Assembly (NCBI GenBank): GCA_964016885.1
Contig: OZ024743.1
Location: forward strand, 193,750,001 to 193,814,000
Reading direction: 5' to 3'
Source: Eledone cirrhosa
Lineage: Eukaryota
DNA: 64,000 nt
The position numbers and the translations under genes are program-made. This document shows positions 13,350-28,788 of the stretch, one piece after another. Each line of letters opens with the position of its first letter. The first letter of the stretch is position 1. The notes beneath the pieces are model-generated. The model searched no databases and had not been told where the DNA came from. It worked only from the letters and a program-made list of their open reading frames with translations.

Positions 13350-13561
13350 TTTAGCATTTACTGTATATTTACTATTGTATTTTCACAGAAAAGGCTTTAT
13401 CTCTCATAATATCTCATATAATATCGAATCTATGAGATTTTGATATTTATTTTGAGAACAATACCTTAACATCAGTATGAGGGGCGGTTACGGTAGGTTT
13501 GAATGAAAAGAGGTGAGAGAATTCTGGCTGGATACAGCTGGTTTAAATGCAAAAGTGTTAA
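13350..13561. mobile_element. piggyBac-type MITE (diverged copy of 38618-38842)
   Basis: Reverse complement aligns with 38618-38842; ends in taaatgcaaaagtg-ttaa. Confidence 0.6.
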
Positions 13562-13567
13562 ATAAAA

Positions 13568-13785
13568 TAATGATTTCTAGTATAGGCAGAAGGCCAGTAA
13601 TTTGGGGGAGGGGAAAGTCAATTAAATTGACCCCAGTACGTTACTGGTGCTTTATTTTATCAACCCCGTAAGGATGAAAGGCAATGTTAACCTCAGCGGG
13701 ATTTGAACTCAGACTGTAAAAGACTGTAACTCTATGCTGCAAAGTATGGTGCCCAACTCTCTACCAATACTGCCAAACCACCACC
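13568..13785 (-). mobile_element. SINE family A (long variant)
   Basis: Family motifs present, with extra ggggaggggaaagtcaattaaattgac segment. Confidence 0.85.
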
Positions 13786-13960
13786 CTATAGTGTTAAATA
13801 AAATAATGATGGAAGGTTTTAATATAAGTACAAACATTATAAAATGAGCAGCTGTGTATAATAAAACCAAAGTGGTTTCAGGCAGATTGGTATGAAAAGG
13901 GTTCAGTAAAAGAGAACATAATATCTGTGGTAGGGTGTAGTCAATTGAGAGACCCCACTG

Positions 13961-14241
13961 CAGACCTGTCAACTCTCCTCATCTGATGAGGAGATCTCCC
14001 ACCCACTTTGGAGTGGGTGAGAGATATCTTCTCTTGTGAAAATGGGTATAGCTTTCATTATATAAAATCCTTACGGGGTCGATAAAATAAAGTACCAGTA
14101 ATGTACTGGGTTATTGCTGGCCTTGTGCCAAAAAGTAGAAACAATTATATAAAATCTCCCCATTTTGCCTCATTTCTCCCCGTTTGGGTCACTATTTTTC
14201 ATGGTACTCTTTGTTTGGGTTTTTAGAGGTTGGAAGGTCTC
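13961..14241. mobile_element. MITE (same family as 1557-1746) carrying a nested 5'-truncated SINE A
   Basis: TIR cagacctgtcaactctc / gaggttggaaggtctc; ccactg on both flanks; SINE 3' part at ~14070-14143 flanked by duplicated attatataaaatc. Confidence 0.8.
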
Positions 14242-14579
14242 CCACTGTACCACTATTACTCACTGGAGTGCAGAGGGATAGAGTGAAAGTTGAAAAACCC
14301 AATGGAATCTGAATATAGATTGTAAAGGGACATAACTAAAACAGCAAGACATTTTTTTTTTATCCAAAGCTTTACCATTTCTCTGCTCTACTATCTATTG
14401 TGATATAACAATAACAACTACAACAATAAATATGTAAAAACTGACAAAGAGTGTGTAACACGAAAATAGAATCAATTCCGTTAAATACCTAGATAGCATT
14501 AATATCAATAGTGGATTTTCTCTTTTTTTGCTTTTTGGGGATTTGCACAGTACCAGCAATATTGTTACACACAGTAGGA

Positions 14580-15130
14580 AAGGGATATGTTACGAAAGAG
14601 AGATGGCATAAAAATCAATATTCTATTTCTGGATGATTTGAAGTTATTTGTAATGAACAAAGATCAAATAGACTCCTTAGTGCAAACAGTGCATGGGTTT
14701 AGTGAAGATATTGGGGTGGAATCTGAGATTAAACTATGGAGGGTTGGTAGCAAATAAGGGAGAAATAGTGGAAAGTAATGGGATAAAATGAACAGATAAG
14801 TAAATAATAAAACAAAGAGCTACAAATACTGAGGAGTGAAAGAATGGCATTAGCATAAAGGAAGTATTCAGAAAGGTATATATAAAAAGACCAGAACTTA
14901 AATCTAAACTAAATAGTAGAGATTTAACTTTGGCTATAAACACATGTCAATTCTATTTTGAAGAAGAGAAGAGAAGTCTTAAAGACAAATAAAAAAAATT
15001 ATTTTAGATAAGAAGACTTTCCCCTGGTCCCAACAGAAGTAATGCTTATAGAATTCATATAACCTGCATAAAAGAAAAGAAAGGAAGAAATTTATTGTGA
15101 AGAGTGTATATGGAATGATGAGAATAATAT
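14580..15130 (+). pseudogene. Degraded R4/Dong-clade non-LTR retrotransposon RT fragment
   Basis: FLDDLKLFVMNKDQIDSLVQTVHGFSEDIGVE, later LKSKLNSRDLTLAINT, matching R4-clade (F/Y)MDDLKL...FS.DIGM.FG and L.S.LN..N...AINT blocks. Confidence 0.75.
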
Positions 15131-15423
15131 TGTATGATACATGTCGAAAGTGTACAGAATCTTTCTTGGAGTAAATGAAGCTGGAATACTAATTTAACAC
15201 ACCATAGAACTAATTAATTGATTCTAAATAAGAATATATATTTATAGGCTTTGCTGGAAAATAATTAGGCAGTTAAAATCCTTACAAGGTGGCAAATTGG
15301 CGAAGTCATTAATAGAATACTTTGTGGTATTCATTCCAGTTCTTTGCACTACAACTTAAAATCTTACAGAGGTTAAATTCGTCTTTTCATCTGTTGAAGG
15401 GTGATAAAAAGTGTCATCTAGTT

Positions 15424-15759
15424 CAGAGGTTCTCAAACTCTTTTGGCCACCGCTCACCTCACAGCCACCTAATACCTTCAGCACCTCCACCTCTATTTTC
15501 CAGAGAGAGCTACCTACACGCAAATTGTAAATAATATATAATAAATAAAATCGATGGCTTATATATAATAAATAATATAATATATACTATGTATAAATAA
15601 ATATTACATATTTTTTTATTTTACTATATTCATATATTATATAATATGTATAATTTGATATTTAATATACTATTAGATCATCACTACTGCCACCTTAGCC
15701 CCCCCCCCACTCCACTGGTGGGGGGGGGGGGGGGTTAGCACCCACATTGAGAACCTCTG
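15424..15759. mobile_element. hAT-Charlie-type MITE
   Basis: TIR cagaggttctcaa / ttgagaacctctg; 8-bp TSD atctagtt / atctagta. Confidence 0.85.
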
Positions 15760-16404
15760 ATCTAGTACTATAGTCTATTCTTCCACTAATTCTCTTTCTC
15801 ACTTTTACTCTCTCTTTCTCTCTCATGTAGGCCAGAAATTGAAGGTGTGAAATTCAATTATTTTGAGATCACAATCCTTCAGTTGACACTACGTATACTC
15901 AAGATTTCTGGAGGAATTATTTGAATATATAGACCGATAATAACTTCTCTCTAGATCTGAACACAGCCGATTTCTTCCATCTAGAGAAGAAGAGAGAGAA
16001 TAAGTGAGAAAGAAGAAGCATCGACCTCAGTATTAGACTTGTACTGTTATTTTTTGCTCCAAACGATGAAAAGGCCAGATTGACCTTGCTGGGATTTAAA
16101 CTAAGAGAGCGCAGACAACCTGAACAAATACTGCAAATCATTCTATCCAACATTCTAATAACTTTGCCAATTCACCACTTATAATGGTACACTAAAACAT
16201 AAATAAACATAAATGTGTATGTATAAAAATCAATGATGTTGCAATACCTAGGGTTATTGGAATCTGGTTGAGGGAACAAGAAAAAGTTGAAATGTGTAAG
16301 ATTGTAAATACACAGAAAAGAAATACTTGTAATATTAGTTGTGGTATGTCTATTTCTGGCATTGCTTGGAAATAATTTTAAGATAATAATCTCTAGAGAG
16401 AAAG

Positions 16405-16435
<31 letters not shown>

Positions 16436-16916
16436 CATATATATATATACACACACACATATATATAGATAGATAGCTAGATAGATAGATAGATAGAGAG
16501 AGCAAACAGCGCCTGATGATTTATTCTGGATATTAACTGATATAAATAACATGATTGAGAATGTGTTGTTCAGGTTGTACCAAAGTTAGATCAGATACAA
16601 CTAGATCAGAATTATAATCTTTTACTTGTTGCATTCATATGTTCTTTTAACTAGATAATTAATTACTTCATTTGCATTCTAAGCATCATACACTTTGGAA
16701 TTTTTCTTAATGTTGGTATGATTTTTACTGTAATAGACATAGTAGACAAATGTCTTATTAGACAAGTTGATGGAATGCTTTGGCGGATATAAGGTAACAG
16801 AAGGCAGGATATAAACCCATGATTCAACAAATAAAGTCCTAAAGCAGTGTCTACAACAGCAGGATAAAAACTCAACAAGTTATCAGTGCAGTTCTCTATC
16901 TTATTGGTTCCATACT

Positions 16917-17691
16917 AATAATGGTTTCTGATTTAGACACAAGGCCAGCAATTTTTGGGGAACAGGAAAGTTGATTAAATCGACTCCCATGTGTTACTAG
17001 TACTTTTTTTTATATCGACGCCCATAAGGATAATTGGCAAAGATGGGATTTGAACTTAGAATGTAAAGGGCCGTAATTATGATGCTAAGCATGTTGTCCG
17101 CCGCTTTACCAATTCTGCCAATCCATACTAATAATTGTTTCTACTTTTGGCACAAGGCCAGCAATTACCCAGTACATTACTGGTACTTTATTTGATCGAC
17201 CCCGTAAGGATGAAAGGCAAAGTTAACCTCGGCGGGATTTGAACTCAGACCGTAAAGGGACGTAACTATCTACCGATACTGCCAATTCACCTACTAATAA
17301 TGATTTCTAGTATAGGCACAGACCAGTAATTTGGGAGGAGGGGAAAGTCGATTAAATCGACCCCAGTACGTTACTGGGACTTCATTTTATCGACCCCCGT
17401 AAGGATAAAAGGCAGAGCTAACCTTGACGAGATTTGAACTTAGAACATAAAAGGCCGTAACTCTATGTCACTAAGCATGTCCGATTCTGCCAATTTATAC
17501 TAACAATTGTTTCTACTTTTGGTACAAGGCCAGCAATTATACCACTGCATTACTGGTACTTTATTTTATCGACCCAACCCAGTAAGGATGAAAGGCAAAG
17601 TTAACCTCGGTGGGATTTGAACCGAGACCGTAAAGGGCCGTAACTATGCTACGAAGCATGCTGTCCGACCTTCTACCGATAGTGCCAATCC
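16917..17691 (-). mobile_element. Four head-to-tail SINE family A copies
   Basis: Copies at ~16917-17124, 17130-17291, 17296-17497 and 17502-17691, separated by tactaa(t/c)aat. Confidence 0.9.
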
Positions 17692-18223
17692 AAATGTTTT
17701 CTCTATTTTCCAGGTAATACAGAGCAGGTTTGTTGCCTTCTTTTATCTTAAATTGTTCCACACCTTTTGCATTGTTGCAGCCTCCGAATTACATACCTTC
17801 TTATATTAATTTCTAAAATTTGTTTAAAACTTTAGATTTGTAGAAATAAAATTGTAATGTTCAAAGCAGAGATATTAATCCTTTTGATACCAAACAGCCT
17901 GAACCTGTATCTGGTTCTATGATACAACACCATTTGTTTTAAACCTTCCATCATAACTTTATGTAGAAATGGTTGTTAAATATAAACAAAATTTCCATAA
18001 TTTTATATTTCACTGATTTTTATCTGTAAGTTATTAGTCAAACATACATCTCTATGCTTGTTGCTGTTAATACAACTAAATAAATAAGTAAATAAGTGTT
18101 GATATTCTCTCTCACTCTCCCCATCTAGCACTATTATATTTTAGTATGATTGCTAAAATATGTTGATAAAACCAGCTTAGATAAGAAAGTTAGTTGTATT
18201 ACTAAATCCCACCAAACTCTTAA

Positions 18224-18800
18224 TTCTTGATCATTTTCAAAATGATTTGGAAATCATTAGCAATGTCTTTCATTAGAACTATTGTGATGAAAGAGTTAAG
18301 TAACTATACTCCTCCTTCTAAAATGTATCAACCAGTGTTAGAAATATGTGAATGAGAGAGAGAGAGAGAGAGAGAGAGGTGACCAGGCAAAGAAAGAGAC
18401 TCTGAATAAATGTGTATGCATGGATAAAAATCTAATTATAAGAGAAATAAAAGATAAAAAATTCTATATCCCACAACAGGTTTACAATGAAATACTGTCC
18501 ACAGACCTTAGACTTAGTAACAAGCAGCAAATACTTCTATATTTCTTGTGTCACCTTAGAAACACAAAATACAAACAACAGGTACTTGAAAATAAAACTT
18601 GTTACCTCGCCAAATATGCAGTAGGGAGCTAAACTAAGCTCACTATTTAGACATGTCACTGGTAAATTAATCTAATATCTAATGCCTAACTACATTTTAC
18701 AACAGTCTAATACCTAACTACACTTTACAACTGTCTAATACCTTACTACACTTTACAAGTCTACAATTCTATTTTCAATAACACACCACCAACACATACA
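18224..18800 (+). repeat. Inverted copy of 8300-8832
   Basis: Near-identical reverse complement, with an extra internal short tandem duplication at ~18690-18760. Confidence 0.9.
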
Positions 18801-20861
18801 TAGGCTTAAATATAAGTTATATTGAAAGTTAGATAATATTACTAGGTCCCTCCAAATCTTTGATAATTTTCAGAATTATTTGAGAATGAAAGACAGTGTC
18901 TTTCATTAGAAATATGGTAACGAAAGTGCTTAACAATATAGTTAGTTCTAGCTAGGTGTTGATGTAGAATTTGTCAACTTGGTCTGCTGAAATCTAACTG
19001 CTGTGCTATGGTGATTCCTAATGTTATAGATTTTATGTCATGTTGTTATTTGAGGTGTCTAAAACTGGAAAATATTTTTCAACTCAAAGGTCATTTACTG
19101 AAAAGAATGTTTCAAATTTTCTTCAAATGGTTCTTCAAATAAAAATAAAGATATGGGAACCCATGGCAAAATCCATTGTACTATGCATACACACAAACAC
19201 ACACATACATGCTTGCACGTATACATACACACACAACATGCATATAAAAAGAATCATACATACAACAATATCCACATATGCATACAGAACTGAAGTTTGT
19301 GCATATATTAGGGAAATATTAATACATTGAGAACATGTATATTTATATATGTACGTATATACATATATTTAAATACACACATTTTTATTATCATTGGCAT
19401 TTAACATCTATTTTCCAAGCTTGCATATGCATGTATATATATATATATGTATGTTTGTATGTGTGTGTATATATATATATATATAAAAAAATTACATAAT
19501 TATATACCACAACATGGAGCACATATATATATATGAGAATGTATATTTCTCACCTTGTTCTAAAGCTTCACAATTTGTTGATAAAAGCCACAGAGCTGAG
19601 AATTAAACAGATAGATGTGACATTCATACTTTTCCACAATAAATTAGTAATAATAATGATTAGTTAATTGGGCAAGAGACCTTAGGAAAGTAGTGATAGA
19701 CAAACTCCTGACCTGAGTGATGTCGTTCAATACTTCACTGAATTAACAACCAATATAGAAATGCAATTATAATTATATAGCAAGTGTAGAATTTACAATG
19801 TATTTTACATTAGATTGTTTCACTATGCCATATAATTATATTACATCTGTATGAGGGACTATTTAATCATAAAGCAGGTAAGCGTAAATTATTCATCAAT
19901 ACAATCTTTATCTGAGCAGTATATTCTTGGATAACTCATTTGCCCGTAGCTTCTGAGAATGCCATTAATATAATCTGCGAAATGTTGCTTCAATCCTTTT
20001 ATCATTTTATCTTATGCTAATTTTTAGACATATGCAAATTCTTAGAGCATCAGTAAACATTAACATTATGTACTAGTTAACATCAATCTTACCAAAAATT
20101 ATTGACAATTTAAAATAATAATAAAAAATATTACCAAAAAAAAAAGAAACAGGTTATTTATTTGGTTTTGTTTCTTTAAATAATTTTAAAATTTATTGGT
20201 AGCTATTTACATAATCTATATATTATAAAATATCTTTTAAAATATGTTAATATGGCTTTGAGGAAATATAATTTTTATTTATAAAATGATTACTTGCAAT
20301 ACAGATAGACAAAATATTAGATGAATGGAAATAATGAAATTCATTTTTTTCCAATAATGAAGATGTTTCTGCAATTGTCTGTATTTGCTAATTAGTAAAA
20401 TGAAAGTAATTAAGCACAGATATGTTCAATTGAAAAGATTCATTTTCATTGACATTTGTTTGTTTAATTTTACACTATTTTTGTTAGTGTCTTTATTCAT
20501 TTATCATTTATGTATTTTTTTATCTGAAAGATTTCTTCTGGTATTATTTTAGAGCTAAAGAATATATAATATATATCTTATAGTTTCCATCTATGTGGAA
20601 TTGTATATTCTGAATCAGAGAGAGAAAAATAAGTAAAACATGCAAAGAAGTAATATATTATGTATTTATGAATATTATAACATCTGACAAACACAATGAT
20701 TTACAAGATATATCTAAAACATGCTTGAAAGAAACAACATAATAATAATAATAATAATATCCTGTGGCTAGTTGCCAGGGTAATTTTGCATGTGAAGTAG
20801 AAGTTGCCAGGGTTATTTTACAGACACAGTAGTAATATAAATATATCCTCTCAATATAAAG

Positions 20862-20915
<54 letters not shown>

Positions 20916-22567
20916 ACACATACAATAATAAATAAGTAAATATGTGTTGATGTTCTCTCTCTCTTGCACCATTTCTCATTATTATAAGCAAATGGGAACC
21001 CATGTTCTGACTGCCCCTCAGCCCCAGCAGACAGGAGAGAATATAGAAGGCAGTTTCCCTGGAGGCTGGTGAGGGAGATGCATTGGAAGTTGTCTCTGAT
21101 TTTTCTTTAAGGGTGGGAGACTTGTTTACAGCTTGGATAGAGATTGACTAGGGATATACCAGGAGGATTGTTTACAACTTGAATCATATAACTGCTGGAC
21201 TTGTATGTCCATCCATCCATATTTATGTGTGACTAACTGTACTTCAGTCTAGTTACATACATACAGATATGAAGAAGTAGCAATTAATTCTCCTCTTCGA
21301 CTTTGCTGGTGAGAACCAGAAGATTACTACTTTACTGGTATTAAACTGTGGCCATGCTGGGGCACTGGCATAAGGGGATTTTAGTCAAGCATATCGATAC
21401 CAGTACTTATTTTATCATTAAGTCTTTTTGTTGAATTGTTAAGTTATAAAACATAAACCTAGACACGCACACTGAGTTGGTTAGTGGTAAAAATGGTGTT
21501 GTATGGGAACACAATAATATATATAAGCAAAGTTGCACACGGAAAAAACAACAAAATATGAGAAAAGAATGAACAAAAGCATTTAACTCCCTCATCAGCC
21601 ATCCCCTGAAGAATGCAATTCCGTGTGTATAAGAGTGGATTACATAATATTGAGCTCAGGTTGTACAATGGCTTAGAACAATCACTGGAAAGAATACACA
21701 CAATGCCTTCTGCAGTTTTTGTTCACCAAATTCCATTGGTCAACCCATGGATATAGAAGAAGCCATTTGCCCAATATGCTGTGGAGTGGGACTGAACTTA
21801 GAACCACATGGTTGCAAAGAAAACTCCTTAACCACACAGCAATGCTTCTGCCTATATCCCCACTCCATCACCACCACAATACCACAATATAGTTAAAGCT
21901 AAAAAAAAAAAAAAAAAAAAAAAAGGGAAATTTACAGTTCACAACTATGTAGATTTAGCAGGCCTTCTATGAGGTTGCATCTCATAAGTTTCTTGAGTGT
22001 TTAAATGATAGGGTCTCTAGTTGTAATGCAAAACAATACATTGCTCAGACTAGTAATTGAAACAAGAAGCTTATGATTATCAGTCCAACACTCTCACCAC
22101 CAGGCCATATACCTTCAGTTTAGTAGAATAAACTTCTTTGAATAATTGGATACTACCTCTTATCTACCCCTGCTGAGGGCATTCTTCTCTACCCCTACTG
22201 AATAAAATAACATCTTTAGACAGTTTTAGGTTAGAGAGAGCACAGGTGGTCTATAGTTGGGTTTATATACTCAGGAAGTAGAGAGAAGTAATGAAGACAA
22301 GAACAAGAAATGACAGTAGACATAGAGAATGCAAACTAGATCAATATAAACAAACATGTTTGAATTACACACGCACACAACTAACATATACACACAGATA
22401 CGGGTTCAAACACACAAGGGCACAAACATATACAGATACGTGCCCAAACATAAACAGACACAAACATACATAGATATGTGCTCAAATATAGACATATACA
22501 CACAGATACATGCTCAAATATACCACACAGTCAAATACTCATATGCCCCACCACACACCCACAAATT

Positions 22568-22607
<40 letters not shown>

Positions 22608-22700
22608 TACAAGGAAAATGAACACCAAGGTTTGTGAAAATATATATATATATACATACATACATATATACATATATATATATATACATATATATATATA

Positions 22701-22838
22701 GGAACCAGTAAGACCCCGACAGCTGAGCTCAAGCCGTTTCGACGGCTAATTCTGGTTCCTATTACCCACTCTACTACCTCAAGTATTGAGTACTTTGGTG
22801 CGTTATGGTCCACCTGATTCCTTACCACATTTCCTTCG

Positions 22839-22840
<2 letters not shown>
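22701..22840 (-). mobile_element. Short AT-tract-embedded repeat (family also at 52101-52302)
   Basis: Reverse complement aligns with 52101-52185 and 52242-52300. Confidence 0.7.
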
Positions 22841-24552
<1,712 letters not shown>

Positions 24553-24604
24553 AGATCACCCTTGCAAGCAGGGAAAAGCGGACGTAAAATGATGACATAT
24601 ATAT

Positions 24605-24944
24605 GGAGGCACATGGCTTAGTGGTTAGAGCATTGGCCTTGCAATCGAATGGTTGTGAGTTCAATTCTCAGACCGAGTGATGTGTTGTTTCCTTGAGCAA
24701 GACACTTTATGTTCACATTGCTCCAGTTCACTCAGCTGTAGAAATGAGATGATAGGGACTGGGGTCCATATCATTCCACTGCAAAGTGGTCGTGCATGTG
24801 CCACGGCAAAAAAGCACCCAGCACTCACTGTAACTGAGGTTGGTGTTAGGAAGGGCATCCGGCTGTAGAAATCAAGCCTGAATCAGTTCCCGTCTCACCC
24901 TTGCAAGCAGGGAAAAGCGGACGTAAAATGATGATGATGATGAT
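24605..24944 (+). mobile_element. Full-length tRNA-CORE SINE with RTE-derived tail (family B)
   Basis: A-box tggcttagtgg, B-box gagttcaattc, CORE-like ccttgagcaagacacttta...ccagttcactcagctgtagaaatgag, tail ggttggtgttaggaagggcatcc...ggacgtaaaat(gat)n shared with the RTE 3' UTR. Confidence 0.9.
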
Positions 24945-24977
24945 ATACTGTATATATATATGAGGATTGCAGCATCT

Positions 24978-25163
24978 TTACAGACGATTGCCATCTCTTA
25001 TTGATTCTTCGTTATCATTCCATCTGCGTCCATGAATTCGTAGATGACTTTGTAGGCCAGCTGTAGATCTGCATGGTGTACAACAGAAGAGAGTTGTGCT
25101 TTCGACAGGACTTTCCTGATGATTACAAATGAATGAAACAGTCTCTAGACCTGCAGAAGTCAT
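24978..25163 (-). pseudogene. RTE (BovB-like) LINE C-terminal fragment
   Basis: CRSTAGLQSHLRIH resembles the terminal C.S..GL.SH.R.H zinc-finger motif of BovB-type RTE ORFs. Confidence 0.6.
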
Positions 25164-25314
25164 TTCTATATGAAATATATATTATCACAAGCATTACCAT
25201 CTAACAATAATTTTCAATGCTTGCACGACAGAAGGGTTGGCATAATTTTGAAGCGTGAATTTTCTGGTGACCATGTCTTTTCCATACATTCATGTACTCA
25301 TGTAGTCACACACG

Positions 25315-25463
25315 GGCGGAGGTGGTGAGAGCAGACCTCAGATCGCTGAAGCTCACGGAGGAGATGACGAATGACCGTGACGAGTGGAGAGATGCTGTGC
25401 TGAATATCCATCCCATCCTTACAAGCAGCGAAAAGCAGACGTAAAATGATGATGATGACGATG

Positions 25464-25465
<2 letters not shown>
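25315..25465 (+). mobile_element. RTE LINE 3' end fragment
   Basis: EVVRADLRSLKLTEEMTNDRDEWRDAVL, then gacgtaaaat(gat)n tail. Confidence 0.75.
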
Positions 25466-25496
<31 letters not shown>

Positions 25497-25617
25497 CTGA
25501 TATGTTTGTATTAGGTTAAGAAACTCCAGGGTGTATAATAGGTACTTGTGGGCGATGCATGTGCAAAAATGTGGATAGTGCTTTTATATGTATCAAGTAC
25601 AGAGAGAAACACACACA

Positions 25618-25654
<37 letters not shown>

Positions 25655-26021
25655 CATATGTGTACACCTATCTATCAACACACACACACACACACGTTTA
25701 TGCAGATACAAATATATCTATATATAAATACAAATATATATATTTACATATACACACATATGTCTATATATACACTTACATATACTGATATAAAGACAGA
25801 CATACACACACATCTATGTGTGTATATATGTATATATATTTAGTGCAAGTTTGCTAGAACAATAGAGCAGCGAGATAACAATTTTATAACAATTTTATGT
25901 TATCTATTTTGGTATCTCATTTTGACATTCAAATCCTGCTAGAGTGGATCTTACTTTTATACCCTTTGTTAACCCTAAAATACAACACTTGTACATAATT
26001 TTAATTTATATGATATATATA

Positions 26022-26156
26022 TGGAAGCACATGGCTTAGTGGTTAGAGCATTGGCCTTGCAATCGAAAGATTGTGAGTTCAATTCTCAGATTGGGTGATG
26101 TGTTGTTTCCTTGAGCAAGACACTTTATTTCTCATTGCTCCAGTTTACTCAGCTGT
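26022..26156 (+). mobile_element. SINE family B, 5' half
   Basis: Near-identical to 24605-24740. Confidence 0.85.
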
Positions 26157-26427
26157 TGCCAATAAGAAACATACGCAACAGTTGCTTTCACTTCAATTCA
26201 CTATAAATTAAAAAAAATTCATAAATTTCCGGTTGGTTGGTTGGTTGGCTCTACAACGGGACAGTTGTTCATATATTGTCAAAGTTCTTTCGTCACACAT
26301 TCTGTGATCTCATCAGTGACCCAGGATTCTTTTATTTGTTTTGTGCCTCTCCTTTGTTCTGTCCTACGCCATCTTGTTTTTTTTTGACACACAAAGTCTC
26401 TAATGCAATGAAATACCAACGATAATA

Positions 26428-26451
26428 ATATATATATACACATATATATAC

Positions 26452-26518
<67 letters not shown>

Positions 26519-26543
26519 AATATATACATATAGATATATATAC

Positions 26544-26574
<31 letters not shown>

Positions 26575-26699
26575 AATATATACATATAGATATATATACA
26601 TATATATACATATACATATATATACATATATATACATATACATATATATACATATATATACATATATACATATACATATATATACATATATACATATAC

Positions 26700-26730
<31 letters not shown>

Positions 26731-26931
26731 AATATACATATACATATATACATATATACATATATATATATACATATACATATATATATATATACATATA
26801 CATATACATATATATATATACATATACATATATACATATACATATACATATACATATATATATATACATATACTTATATATACATATATACATATATATA
26901 TACATATATATATATATACATATATATATAC

Positions 26932-26978
<47 letters not shown>

Positions 26979-27040
26979 CATATATATATATATTTACATA
27001 TATATATATATTTACATATATATATACATATACATATACA

Positions 27041-27110
<70 letters not shown>

Positions 27111-27255
27111 CATATATACATATATATATATACATATATACATATATATATATACATATATACACATATATACATATATACACATATATATATATATACA
27201 TATACATATATACATATATATATACATATATACACATATATATACATATATAAAC

Positions 27256-27286
<31 letters not shown>

Positions 27287-27303
27287 CATATATATATATA
27301 TAC

Positions 27304-27382
<79 letters not shown>

Positions 27383-27417
27383 CATATATATATATACATA
27401 TACATATATATATATAT
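26428..27417. repeat. (AT)n/(ATAC)n tract
   Basis: Simple repeat. Confidence 0.98.
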
Positions 27418-27564
27418 GAATATATATTAGAAAGTGAGGTTTTTTTTACAAAATGAAAAATAACCGGGGTGTCCTACACGAGTGGAAGTATAAAGAAAAG
27501 GAGATGAAATCGAAAATGCAACTGAAGTCTTATTTTTTAAAAAAATATATATATTTATTTGGTT

Positions 27565-27602
27565 CCTTTACCGGTTTCGCAGTTCTTCTGCTTTTCAAAA
27601 GG
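27565..27602 (-). ncRNA. Minimal type I hammerhead ribozyme motif (U3-A8 variant), left arm
   Basis: Mirror image of 27678-27715. Confidence 0.65.
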
Positions 27603-27677
27603 TGAGTTGAGATGGAGGGTCTGTGGTTTTTCCCACATCAGATGTGAGAAAAACCACAGACCCTCCATCTCAACTCA

Positions 27678-27715
27678 CCTTTTGAAAAGCAGAAGAACTG
27701 CGAAACCGGTAAAGG
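27678..27715 (+). ncRNA. Minimal type I hammerhead ribozyme motif (U3-A8 variant), right arm
   Basis: cctt-TTGAAAA-gcag aagaa ctgc-GAAA-ccgg-TA-aagg: stem I cctt/aagg, stem II gcag/ctgc, palindromic stem III, GUA site. Confidence 0.65.
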
Positions 27716-27792
27716 AACCAAATAAATATATATATTTTTTAAAAAAATAAGACTTCAGTTGCATTTTCGATTTCATCTCTTTTTCTTTATGA

Positions 27793-27891
<99 letters not shown>

Positions 27892-27938
27892 CATATATAT
27901 ATATATGAATATATATATATACATATATATTTATATAC

Positions 27939-27975
<37 letters not shown>

Positions 27976-28002
27976 CATATATATATACATATATATATAT
28001 AC

Positions 28003-28033
<31 letters not shown>

Positions 28034-28202
28034 CATATATATATATACATATATATACATATACATATATATACATATATACATATATATATATACATAT
28101 ATATACATATATATATACATATATATATACATATATATATACATAGATATATATATACATATATATATACATACACATATATATATATACATATATATAC
28201 AC

Positions 28203-28233
<31 letters not shown>

Positions 28234-28388
28234 CATATATATATACATATATATATACATCTATATATAAATAAATATATATATACATACATATATATAC
28301 AGATATATATACATATATATATACATACATATATATACAGATACATATACATATATATATACATACATATATATACAGATACAAATAC

Positions 28389-28433
<45 letters not shown>

Positions 28434-28592
28434 CATATATATATACATATATATACATATATATATATATACATACATATATATATATACATATACATAT
28501 ATATATATACATATACATATATATACATATACATACATATATATATATATACATATATATACATATATATATATACATATACATATATATAC

Positions 28593-28647
<55 letters not shown>

Positions 28648-28714
28648 CATACATATATATACATATATATATATACATATATATACATATATATATACAT
28701 ATATATATATATAC

Positions 28715-28745
<31 letters not shown>

Positions 28746-28757
28746 CATATATATATG

Positions 28758-28788
<31 letters not shown>

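Larger units (their letters stand above)
27490..27790. repeat. Near-perfect 301-bp palindrome of a Penelope-like/HHR element
   Basis: 150-bp arms around A27640 with about 2 mismatches; single-arm copy at 43631-43820. Confidence 0.95.

Noticed and set aside
13983-14045. ctgatga followed by a hairpin, as a hammerhead
   Set aside because: It lies in a MITE, the sibling copy lacks the core, and there is no properly placed GAAA/stem III/stem I.
24605-24680. tRNA genes at SINE heads
   Set aside because: A/B boxes are present but run into SINE bodies; no complete cloverleaf or poly-T terminator.
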